Positions 21,786 through 32,886 of a stretch of DNA of 46,843 bases are shown here, piece after piece. The translations under genes were made by a program, and so were the position numbers. The DNA lies in contig WELA01000730.1 in the NCBI GenBank assembly GCA_009602735.1, positions 151,583-198,425 on the forward strand. The letters are read 5' to 3'. The notes under the pieces were generated by a model. That model saw nothing but the letters and a program-made list of their open reading frames with translations. It was not told where the DNA came from and did not search any database. Each line of letters begins with the position of its first letter. Position 1 is the first letter of the stretch. The stretch is from Mesotaenium endlicherianum (Eukaryota).

Positions 21786-22733
21786 TGTGACGTTTCTGCT
21801 TTTCGAGAGGATCTTTTCCTCGGTCTTCAAGGAATATTTAATTGAAGTGGAAAGAAAATCTACATACTTGTGCAAATTGACAAATCCTCGAGAAAGCGAA
21901 AATGAAAATTAACGTAAACTGTGTGCTTGTGAGAGTTGCACTCACAATGACTCTACAGGTATTTATACTTGCACACTGTGAGGCACTGGAGTGCTTCGAG
22001 TCACCACCTAGGGCACTGGTTCATGTCAACGAAATCAGGCAAAAGGGTACGACCCATTTCGGCTGAATGCTCAAAACGCGCCGTTTGGCCGTTTGGAGAC
22101 TTTTTGACGGTTTCCGAAAAACCGTTTCGCGCCAAACGGGCGTTTTCGCGTTCTCCCGACTTTCCAAGAAGTTGCGACTGTTCGCGGAGTCGCGTACACA
22201 TGCTTTCGTCATGAACCGGTAGTTTAAAAAGCTACTTTGGCCAATCGGTTAGGTGTGAACGCTTCACTGACAAGTCGCGTGTTCGAATCCGCTCGGATGC
22301 AAAGCGACTTTGCATATTTCGTTTCGTCTGACTCTTACGGCTATTTGTTTGTGTTAATGATACGGCTGTTTGTTCGTATTAACGACTGGTCGTAAATTCA
22401 AAATTTGTGACTGAGCATTATTCGAAATAATGACAATCAAAATAACTTAATCAAACAATGATTGATTAAGTCATCATCTCATAATTTAATCAAAGTAACT
22501 TTATGAATAATTATGTCATACTTTTGCGAAGTAGTCAAATTACGTTACGACGCTTTTTGCAATAGAATCTCGGTCGTTTCGCCAATCGACTGGGAATTAA
22601 TCGGCACACGCGTGTGACGAATAATTGAATGTGATGCAATCATTTATCAAATAATGTATGATAAACAGTATAACGTATTTTAGGAAATTTGGGAAAATGT
22701 CCAAAATACGCCTAAAAAGCTCAAATCGTTACA
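21786..22733 (-). repeat. Family B 3' LTR (~948 bp)
   Basis: TGTGACG...CGTTACA on +, homologous to 27989-28978; adjacent PPT ctcctcccccttaaaa at 22734-22749. Confidence 0.9.
22231..22315 (+). promoter_or_regulatory. tRNA-like Pol III type-2 promoter (A box, B box) plus hairpin, inside the family B LTR
   Basis: TGGCCAATCGG (22238-22248), GTTCGAATCC (22281-22290), ATGCAAAG-cga-CTTTGCAT (22297-22315). Confidence 0.6.
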
Positions 22734-22874
22734 CTCCTCCCCCCTTAAAAGAACTTAACGTCCTCGTTAAGCGTACGTCTTTCAAGTTTTAAATGTGTCA
22801 ATATTAGCCTTGGCTAGCGGAAAGCACTGGTGAGCGATTGGACTACGCATCATGACAGTGACGGAAAAGAGCGA

Positions 22875-25800
22875 TTAGTTTGCCGCGTCTCTTTTGCGTT
22901 TGTTCCTTGGCTTACGAATTGCACCGAGTAGCACACTTGCCGTCGTACAGAGCTGTTGAACGATAGCCCATCGTAACCAATATTGTTGAACCAGGTCCTT
23001 ACAATTAAGTAGGAATTCGTCCTGAGGTTCGTACGAGTTCCAACTGGAATCGTAATCAAGCCACTTTATCAAAAGCTCCACGCGTAGAGGCTTATGATGA
23101 GTGTAGCGGTGTCCTAAGACCTCCTCTACATCCCAGGCCTTATCATCATCAGCGAGTTCCAATTCGGGTGCTTGTGGCTTATAGCGGCCATTGGACCTAA
23201 ATAGCTTAAGTAAACTGACATGGAACACAGGATGCGTTCGCCCCATGTATTCAGGCAAATCCAGTCGGTATGCAACAGGGCCAACCTTTGCGATAACGAT
23301 AAAAGGGCCTACCCAGCAAGGCAGAAGCTTGCACTTTCCTGGGTGCTTGAGTTGGAGGTTTTTAGTTTGCAAATGTACTTTATTGCCAACTTGAAAACTT
23401 AACTTAGTCCTGCGTGTGTCAGCAAACGTTTTCTGCCGATCTCGAGCAGCGGCTAAAGCCAGCTTCGCGTTTTTGTGCACCTCTTGAAGAGAATGGACAA
23501 ATAGGCGTGCAGTTGGCACTCTCATGGTTGACAGCCCCGCCTCAGCGTAAACGACGCGCGTGAGAGGAGTGTGCGGATGTTGCCCATAGTCAAGGAAAAA
23601 TGAAGTTTCCTTAACACTTTCCTGATAAGCATTATTAACTGCGAACTCTGCGATTAAAAGGAGGGTGTCCCAGTCGTCTTGGCAAGGATTAACATAATGC
23701 CTAAGGAACTGTTGCAAAACGCGGTTCATTCGTTCTGTCTGACCATCGATTTGAGGATGGAAGCTAGTCGACATCTTAAGTTTTGTGCCGAAGTGCGAGC
23801 AAACTTCCTGCCAGAATTGGCTCGTAAATCTAGTGTCACGATCACTTATGATCTCTTTCGGCATGCCATGCAACTTGAACACGTGATCTACGAAGAGACG
23901 CGCGGTCTCGACGGCATCAAGTGATGGTTTAGTGGCCACAAAAAGTACCATCTTAGTGAAACGATCTACGACCGTTAACACCCCATTGTGTCCTCTATCG
24001 GTGTTAGGCAATTCCACGACAAAGTCGAGGCTAATGCTTTCCCAAGGAGCACATGCAAGTTCCAATGGTTGCAACTTCCCAGCTGGCAACGTGTTGCTCG
24101 GCTTATTCCTTTGACTTGTTGCGCAGTTGACGATGTACTCGGCAACATCAACCTTAAGGGACGGCCAAATGTACCCTCGGCGCAAAGTGTGTGGTTTTGG
24201 TAATTCCATGGTGACCTGAGTAAGAAGAGTCATGCGCTTCTCGTAGTAGCACATGTCTTACTCGGCCTTCTGGGACAGCAATGCGCCCATTGTGCCACCA
24301 AGAACCGTCCTCAAACAAAAAGTCTGAGTGTTCTTTCCTTTTATCCATACTGTCCATCGTCACGGCTACATCGCTCAAGTCAGTTCCCTAGAGATCTAGG
24401 AAAAACGGATCTTTGAGATAGCCCTCATGAAATAGTTGATGCAGGTCAAGTACTTCACAGGTTTGCATGCTACCCAAATCGGGTTGGCCCGCGTCACCAG
24501 GCCGTGCAACGCCAGTCGTCTGGGGGGGTACAGCAGAATCAAGGGTGGCCGCCCTTGAAACCTGACCGTTTCGTCCTTGCAAACTAGCAACAGTCCCCAA
24601 CATCAAGTGGTGAAGGGGAATTCGACTTAGAGGGTCCGCAACATTATTGCGACCAGGGCGATACGACCAGTTAAAGTGGAATCGTTGCAAGAACTCAGAC
24701 CATCTCGTCTGGCGCCTCGATAGCGTTGGCTGTATTTGAAAGCAGGGATTTGGGCAGTGATCCGTAACCACTGTTGAACCCTTGCAGCCTTCCAAATAAC
24801 ATCGCCAAGTCTTTAAAGCGTATATGACTGCCCAGAGCTCCTGCTCTGTCGTTGAGTAATTTTGTTCGGCAGGTGTCAGCTTTCGACTATCAAAACTGAT
24901 AGGCTTGCCTGCCTGCAGCAAAACAGCCCCTATTCCAACACCGGACGCATGGGCGACTACCTCGTAAGGCAAGTTGGGACCGGCTAACGAAAGAAGTGGC
25001 GCATTAGTGAGTGCATACTCAATGTGCTCAAACGCATGGTGCGTATTCTCATCCCAAGTGAACGGCTTATCTTTCCTTGTCAGAGCAGTGAGTGGCGCGG
25101 CCATCATTGAATAACCTTACATAAACTTACAAAAGTAATTAGCAAACTCGAGGAATGAACGTACAACATGTACATCTTTTGGGACAGGCCAGTCAGCGAC
25201 GCACGCAATTTTGGCTGGGTCAGGGCGCACCCCTTTCGAACCCACTATATGTCCCAAGTACCTCAGTTCATCCTTTAGGAAGGAACATTTCTTGAGCTTA
25301 GCGTACAGCTGTTGCTCACGAAGGATTTGCAACACCAACTCGAGGTGCTTGTAATGCCCGTCCCTGTTCTTTGAATAGACGAGGATATCGTCGACGTAAA
25401 CCTGGACAAGGTTCCCCAAGTAAGGTCTAAACAAATCGTTGATTGTACTTTGGAATGTTGCTGGTGCATTGGTAAGTCCAAAACTGAGGAATTGTATTGG
25501 AAGTGCCCAATAGGCGTACGAAACGCTGTTTTGGGGACATCCTCTGGTGTGATTCGAATTTGATGATAGCCTTGGGCTAAGTCAAGCGAGGACAACACGC
25601 ACGCCCCCTGCAACAAATCAAACAAATCATCAGTGCGAGGCAACGAGTAGCGGTTCTTGACCGTTATGTTGTTCAACGCACGATAATCAATGCACATTCT
25701 AAGCGTCCCATCTTTCTTTTGAACAAATAGGATGGGGGCGCCGAATGGAGAAGAGCTCGGATCAATCCATCCTTTCTCCAGCAAGTCGCTAATTTGGTCT

Positions 25801-26834
25801 TTCATTTCGTTCATCTCCAACGGGCTTAGGCGATAAATTGGTCGCCAAGTCGGTTGAGAATTGGGAAAGAGAGGGATTGTATGTCCAATACCCCTGTCAG
25901 GCGCAAGCCCGGCGGGTATTTCACTTGGAAACACTGATTTGTACTTTTGCAAAAGAGCAAAAAGTTCAGCTGTGAGGGTTTCCTCACGACCAGTAACGTC
26001 TATCATTGGCTCTTGCGTAAAGAGCGTAGTTGAAGTTGCTGGGGAATCGGGTCTTAGTAATCCAAAGAAAACATTTTGACCGTGGTTTGCCAAACGTCGA
26101 GCTTGCTTTATGGACAATAGAAGAGTCTTTGAAGGACTATCCAACGCCATAGCGGGCTTAAGGGACTAAAGGGTAAACTTCTTGGTCCCCTTGCGTACAA
26201 TGCATGTCTTTTGACTAAAGTCAAGCAATGCACTTGTTTGCGTAAGCCAATCATTACCAAAAACTGCGTCGATTCCATGCGGCAATTCAGTGACGTAGAA
26301 TTGTACGTGGCCGATGTATGACTGCACTTTTACTCGCAACTTAATCGATCCGATAATACAAACTAACAAGCCATCGCCAAGGCAAAGGGTCTCGTCCTTG
26401 AGTATTGGAAGCAACTTCATCCCTTGTGCAAAACGTGCACTAATGAAGCTTACTGATGCGCCTGAATCAATGACTGTGAAGCATGAACTGCCTGAAACTT
26501 TCGCGTCAAACGTCATGCTTAACCCCAAAGAAGCATTATGCATCACCAACAACGTCCTCGCCGTGAGAGGAATGTGGGAAATGTGGAGGTCCTTTTTCAA
26601 AATCCCATTTTGCATTGCTGTCCTTACGCGTAACCGAGTAATCGGGTTAGAGTACGCGCGAATATGTGTAAATGCACTAATATAAGTTGGTGCAAGACAC
26701 TTATGCATTTTCCTTAATCGAGATAAGTGTGCGTAACACTTGGCAAGGTTAGGATCATGCGGCTGGAAGTGCAAGAACATGGTATCATGGATGCACTCGA
26801 GTTCCTCAAACTCGTCAAAGCTCAACACTTGCAT
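22875..26834 (-). pseudogene. pol: Family B pol (protease, RT, RNase H, integrase, chromodomain) in frameshifted pieces
   Basis: [22 protein letters not shown] and YVDD; RH ASGVGIGAVL...TDH; INT SLDFV, SDRD, GQTER, VGPF; chromodomain WDVEEVL...IKWLDY. ORFs 26166-26834, 25275-26150, 25117-25434, 24388-25107, 22875-24254. Confidence 0.92.
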
Positions 26835-27769
26835 ACTAATATATTCCGAACGAAATATATCAATATCAGGTATGCCAGAGTGAACAAGAACCTTTGGTGC
26901 GAGCGCACAAACACCTAGAGTTTCCTACTCACTAAGTAGTGTTGGCAACAACTCAGAAGAAATTGGCACTTATCAAGTTAAATGCAATGTCAATCTTGAC
27001 ATGATTTGAGTGAGAGTTGTGATAAGCAGGGCAGTGTTCTTAACGTTTTCAAGCTCAAATCCATGTGAGAGGGGTGAGTCACAAATGGACGAGATAGAAC
27101 AGATGCAAAAGCATTGTGCCAAAGCAATAGAGAAAGGGAAACAATCCACAAACTCAAATGATAAGCGACAAAATCAACCCAATGTCAAAGAAACATGTCA
27201 AATCTGGTCAAAATGGGACCAAATACGGACGACAAGGTTTTGAATCCAGAAATTGTGCGCGCGAGTCAATTCTCGTAGAATGACAACAAGTGCGACAATG
27301 TCATGGAAGAGACCCGTGGGCAAAAATCCTTTGTGTATATCACAACACGCGCATAGCAACCAAGAACACAAGGTGGGTGGGATGGGTGGGGATGAGAAAG
27401 AAAGTCCCCTATGGACCCTTTTGGTGTGCAACGGTGCAAAAAGCCCCAAACGGGTGCAGATTTTGACTTAAATATGTGCAAGGGACTGAAGAAATAGGAA
27501 CCCTTCACCACAAAAGTCGAAATCGTCTGAAAAAGAAACAAGCGGCGTTGTTAGTAACGGCGAAAAAAGAAAGGTTCAATGGAAAAAACTCCAACAGCGC
27601 CTAGTTGGCCTAAGGGACCGTTGAGGTTGTCGCCGTGGCCAGCGGCAAGAGCGGCATCATTGCAGTTGCACCAACAACGGTTGCGTTGGCGCCGGCGTAA
27701 GGATTTTTCCGGAAATCCTAGGAAACGCTGGAAAATGGAGAAAAAATACCCCGTCAAAAGTGGCTACGA

Positions 27770-27893
27770 GAAGCGACCGTAGGTTCAGAGCAGAATTGGG
27801 ATGGGTGACCGTCCAGTTTGAAGAATTGCCCCAAACACATTTCTACGATAAGCGACCGTAGCCCAGGGCAGTACTGAGATGGGTGACCGTCCA
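27770..27893 (+). promoter_or_regulatory. Two 5S-rRNA-like internal control region copies in the family B leader
   Basis: TAAGC-N15-CAGTACT-GAGATGGGTGACC at 27849-27888 matches plant 5S TAAGC-N15-TAGTACT-AGGATGGGTGACC; a more diverged copy at 27770-27810. Confidence 0.65.
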
Positions 27894-27975
27894 ATACCAA
27901 AAATACCCCGAAATATGTTTTCCCAGAATGTATTCCAACCACTAAAAAAAAAATTCCTTGGAGAAACCGAGATTG

Positions 27976-27987
27976 GCTCCGATACCA
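27976..27987 (-). other. Primer binding site (tRNA-iMet) of family B
   Basis: TGGTATCGGAGC on the minus strand, 1 nt from the LTR end. Confidence 0.9.
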
Positions 27988-27988
27988 A

Positions 27989-28978
27989 TGTGACGTTTCT
28001 GCTTTTCGAGAGGATCTTTTCCTCGGTATTCAAGGAATATTTAATCGAAGTGGAAAGGAAATCTATATACTTGTGCAAATTGACAAATCCTCGAGAAAGC
28101 GAAAATGAAAACTAATAGAATTTGTGCTTGTGAAAGTTGCACTCACAATGACTCTTGCAAGTATATATACTTGCACAACGTGAGGCACTGGAGTGCTTTG
28201 AGTCACCACCTAGGGCACTGGTTCATGTTCAACGAAAAACGGTTGAATTGGACATAACCAAGTCGGCCTAATACTCCCACCGCGCCGTTTGGCCTTTAGG
28301 AGACTTTTCGACGGCTTCCAAAAAACCGTTATACGCCAAACGGGCGTTTTCGCGTTCGCGCGACTTTCTGAAAAGTCGCGATTGCTCGCGCGGTCGCGTA
28401 CGGATTAATTCGACATAAACCGGTAGGGATAGTAACGACTTTGGCCAATCGGTTAGGAGTGAACATTGTCAGCGAAAGGTCGCCGGTTCGAATCCGTCAA
28501 AATGCAAAGTAACTTTGCATATTATATTTCGTTTGACTTTACGACTATTTTCGGAACCGCGACGCGCTGACCGGGACGTCGCGGGACCGGTGGCTCCCTT
28601 GGGCCACAACTTGGTGTTTTCTTACGGGTTAGCGACATGTCGTTAACCGAAAACAATGACTGTTAATATCCGAAATAATGAAAATTATATCAACTTAATC
28701 AATCCGAGAATTATTACGTTATCATCTCATAATTAATCAAAGTAACTTTGTGAATAATAACGTCGTACGCTTGCGAAGTAGTCGAGTTACGTTACGACGC
28801 TTTTTGCAATAGTATCTCGGTCGTTTCGTCAATCGACCAAGAATTAATCGGCACACACGTGTAGCGAATAATTGAATATGATGCAATCATTTATCACATA
28901 ATACGATAAATAGTATAACGTACTTTAGGTAATTGGGAAAACGTTCCAAATACGCCTAAAATAGCTCGGATTGTTACA
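27989..28978 (-). repeat. Family B 5' LTR (~990 bp)
   Basis: TGTGACG...TGTTACA; homologous to 21786-22733 but visibly diverged. Confidence 0.9.
28434..28520 (+). promoter_or_regulatory. tRNA-like A/B box plus hairpin in the second family B LTR
   Basis: TGGCCAATCGG (28442-28452), GGTTCGAATCC (28485-28495), ATGCAAAG-taa-CTTTGCAT (28502-28520). Confidence 0.6.
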
Positions 28979-31262
28979 TAGGCGTCCGAAACGCTGTTTT
29001 GGGGACATCCTCTGGTGTGATTTGAATTCGATGATAGCCTTGGGCTAAGTCAAGCGAGGAGAACATGCATGCCCCCTGCAACGAATCAAACAAATCATCA
29101 ATGCATCAGTGCGAGGCAACGAGTAGCGGTTCTTGACCGTTATGTTGTTCAACGCACGATAATCAATGCACATTCTAAGCGTCCCATCTTTCTTTTGAAG
29201 AAATAGGATGAGGGCGACCAATGGAGAAGAGCTCGGATCAATCCATCCTTTCTCCAGCAAGTCGCTAATTTGGTCTTTCATTTCGTTCATCTCCAACGGG
29301 CTTAGGCGATAAATTGGTCGCCAAGTGGGTTGAGAATCGGGAAAGAGAGGGATTGTATGTCCAATACCCCTGTCAGGCGGAAGCCCGGCGGGTATTTCAC
29401 CTGGAAACACTGATTTGTACTTTTGCAAAAGAGCAGAAAGTTCAGCTGTGAGAGTCTCTTCATGACCAATCACGTCTAACATGGGCTCTTCCGTTAGTGG
29501 AAGTGACTGGAGAAGCAGGTCGCAGTAATCCAAAGAAAACATTTTGACCTCGTTTTGCCAAACGTCTAGCTTGCTTGATGGACAATAGAAGAGTCTTTGA
29601 AGGACTTTCTATGGTCATATCGGGCTTAAGAGACTGGAGAGTAATCTTCCTTGTCCCTTTGCGAACAATGCATGTCTTTTGACTAAAGTCAAGCAATGCA
29701 CTCGTTTGCGTTAGCCAATCATTACCAAAAATTGCGTCGATTCCATGCGGCAATTCAGTGACGTAGAATTGTACGTGGCCGATGTATGACTACACTTTTA
29801 GTCGTAACTTAATCGTTCCGAGAATACAAGCTAACGAGCCATCGCCAAGGCGAAGGGTCTCGTCCTTGAGTATTGGAAGCAACTTCATCCCTTGTGCAAA
29901 ACGTGCACTAATGAAGCTTACTGATGCGCCTGAATCAATGACTGTGAAGCATAAACGGCCTGAAACTTTCGCGTCAAACGTCATACTTAACCCCAAAGAA
30001 GCATTATGCATCACCAACAACGTCCTCGCCGTGAGAGGAATGTGGAAAATGTGGAGATTCTTTTTCAAAATCCCATTTTGCATTGCTGTCCTTGCGCGAA
30101 ACCGAGTAGTCGATTCAGAGTACGCGCGAATATGTGTAAATGCAGCAATATAAATTGGTGCAAGACACTTATGCATTTTCCGTAATCGAGATAAGTGTGC
30201 GCAACACTTGGCAAGGTTAGGATCATGCGGCTGGAAGTGCAAGAACATGTTATCATGGATGCACTCGAGTTCCGTAAACTCGTCAAAGCTCAACACTTGC
30301 ATATTAATATATTCCAAACGGAATATATCAATATCGGGTATGCCAGAGAGAACAAGAATCTTGGGTGTATGCAAACATACACCTAGAAGTTCTTGCTCAC
30401 TAAGTAGTGTTGTCAGTAGCTCAGAAGGAGGCGCAATGACTGGCTCCTGAGCTACGTCATCGGGACTATACCGCAAATCCTTTCTTGAAGGACACGTTTT
30501 AAAGGTATGTCCCTTTTTGCCACATGAAAAACACATACTTGGCGCCACCATGTGGGGACGAGTCTCGGTGTTATCAATCTTGCGAGGCTTTAGAGCATGT
30601 CCTTGTGGGTTGGCAATGTTTCCGCTTTTGGAAGGGTTATGCTGTTTCGGACGTCCCTTACGAGATGTATGAAAACCGGTATGAGGAGGACGTTTAGTGC
30701 AAACAGGCTGACGACGAGACTGTACGGCTGGCTCCTTTTGTTGTCTCGTCTCGCGAGCTACAGTGGACTTTGGGCGACCTTGAAATTCTTCAGGCGGGGA
30801 GGGTTTGTGGGTAGGCGTCGATGCCGAGACCTGCCGAGGGGTGGCAAGTGGGAGAGGCTGAAGAGTAACGTCGCCAGCGGTCCCAGATGTGCTAGCAACC
30901 CCCTGGACAGCCTGCAAGTATGAACGAATCGCGATGTTAATAACCATCTTGGAAACAAAGCGACTGTGCGCAATGAACGTGGCGAAAAAAGGGTTCAACG
31001 GAAAAAATTCCACAGCGCCTAGTTGGCCTGAGGGACCGTTGAGGTTGTCGCCGTGGCCAGCGGCAAGAGCGGCATCATTGCAGTTGCACCAACAACGGTT
31101 GCGTTGGCGCCGGCGTAAGGATTTTTCCGGAAATCCTAGGAAATGCCGAAAAATGGAGAAAAAATTTCCCGTCAAAAGTGGCTACGAGAAGCGACTGTAG
31201 GTTCAGAGCAGAACTGGGATGGGTGACCGTCCAATTCTAAGAATTGCCCCAAACAGATTTCT
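28979..31262 (-). pseudogene. Family B copy 2: leader, partial gag (zinc knuckle), protease and RT N-terminus
   Basis: CFSCGKKGHTFKTC knuckle, [18 protein letters not shown]; homologous to 25511-26960 and 27555-27845; a third 5S-like box at 31188-31228. Confidence 0.88.
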
Positions 31263-32133
31263 CCTGCTCATATGTCTCCATACTGAAGCAAAGGCTGCTC
31301 TATATTACTTATATCACTACCATGCTTGGGCAACCTTTTTATACTATAAAGTAGACGTACAAAAATCTGGTTGCATCCAAGTTAACACTTCTTGGAGCAC
31401 CTCCCTCTCCCCATCTCCTCCCTCCTTCAAGAGATTGAGATGCTAGCTTGCATCAACGTCTTCATGGCTGCCCTTAGCAACTTTCTTGCTTCTCCTCTCT
31501 ACCCTCTCTACACCCCTACAAGCATCACCAACCAAAGCTCCTCCTCCAAATGAAGCAACTAGGTAGCTCCGATACCATGTGAAAGGGGGAAGGGTGCGGG
31601 GAGTGCGTCCATACACACTCACGCACCCTCACCCGCGAGTGGAAGCGTGCACGAGGACCTTTCCTAGTTGCATACACAAGGTGGAGTGGCCTGGTGGTGT
31701 GCCACCCTTGCAATAGAAAGGGAGTTACATGAGAGTGGAGTGGAAAAGAACTCCCTTAATTAAGAAAAGTCGTGTACAAAATAAGAAGGGTAGACTAGGC
31801 TAACTAGGCTAGACAAGACTCCCTCTTTTATGCTTCAACTCTAAGTGTCCTCTCTAGCAAATTACCTCCAGGACCTTCTACTATGGCTCCTTCCATGTAG
31901 GTGACCTTGCCTAGTTGGACAAGCTAGCATACTCACACGAACACAATCACACTCTAGAATATTCTACTACACAATCCACTAACTCCTTATAGAGTTTCAG
32001 GAAATTCCACAATCACTTTGGCACTCTACGTAATTGTACGTAGTTTCTGGAACCCTCATGTTTCAATGTCCTACTTCTTGGACTCCAACCGAAATTTTTG
32101 TCACTGGACCTGTCCCAGTTACTGAATTGAATC
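31263..32133 (-). mobile_element. 5' LTR (from 31578), PBS (31566-31577) and decayed leader of another LTR element
   Basis: gctccgatacca-TGTGAAAGG on + reads as LTR end TTTCACA followed by TGGTATCGGAGC on minus; far end of the LTR uncertain. Confidence 0.6.
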
Positions 32134-32852
32134 TGTAATGAATCAGTATATTGGTAGATATAATAATCATTTAAATATAATAGTTAATTAAGTTCAGCCT
32201 GCTGAACTTTACGTAGTATGTAAGTCTGCTGGACTTTATATAGTTATCAGTTTAAGGACTCAGTCGGAAGCAGCAGGCTGAAGTCAACTTAAGTCAGCTT
32301 GCTGACACATTCTTTGACAGCCAGCTGACTTCCGTACTCGGTAGCAGCGAACTGCCTCGATATGCATCTAAGTGTGGTATGCTAGATAAATGGCAAGATG
32401 ACATTCCTATGATGGATGGCGATTCGGGATGATGGGAGATGGCGGTGGATTTGGTTAACCGAGGTCCTACCAACGTGGTTAACTCCCGGGTAGGTGGTGC
32501 CATCGCACTGGCCGTTGAACAGTAAACTCATTCCATGTACATATGCTAGGATTGCTCTCGAGTTCGGCATTCGGAAACGAGGCCAACTCTCTTGTACAGC
32601 TTACTTAGAGAAATCTGAATCCAAGGCGAGAAGCCATTGATACGCATTGTCTTCCAACCTTGCTTATGTACGAGTTTACAGATTGCATTATTGATGCTAG
32701 TTTACTTGCATTTGACTTACGAGTATTATTCACTGCTAGTGTGTTGTCCTTTGCCATTTAACCAGTTAACGGAAAATACCATAAAGATTACTTGCTGATA
32801 TAAAGATCTTTATTAATTGTTAATCGCCTATTTGGTAAGTCGATTCATTTCA
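32134..32852 (+). repeat. Family C 5' LTR (plus-strand copy, 719 bp)
   Basis: TGTAATGAATC...GATTCATTTCA terminal inverted repeat; PBS TGGTATCGGAGC at 32854-32865. Confidence 0.95.
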
Positions 32853-32886
32853 GTGGTATCGGAGCAGTTATCACAGTCTTCTTTGT

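Larger units (their letters stand above)
21786..28978 (-). mobile_element. Ty3/Gypsy chromovirus family B, copy 1 (gag deleted, pol frameshifted)
   Basis: LTR-PBS-leader-PR-RT-RH-INT-chromodomain-PPT-LTR order on the minus strand. Confidence 0.9.

Noticed and set aside
22231..22301. Functional tRNA gene
   Set aside because: Acceptor and anticodon stems cannot be formed consistently and differ between the two LTR copies; kept only as promoter-like boxes
20511..32133. LTRs at 20511-20987 and from 31578 as the two ends of one element hosting family B
   Set aside because: Orientation fits, but I see no sequence similarity between them
32121..32133. actgaattgaatc resembling an inverted family C LTR end next to the LTR start
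   Set aside because: Only 13 AT-rich bases; cannot be distinguished from chance
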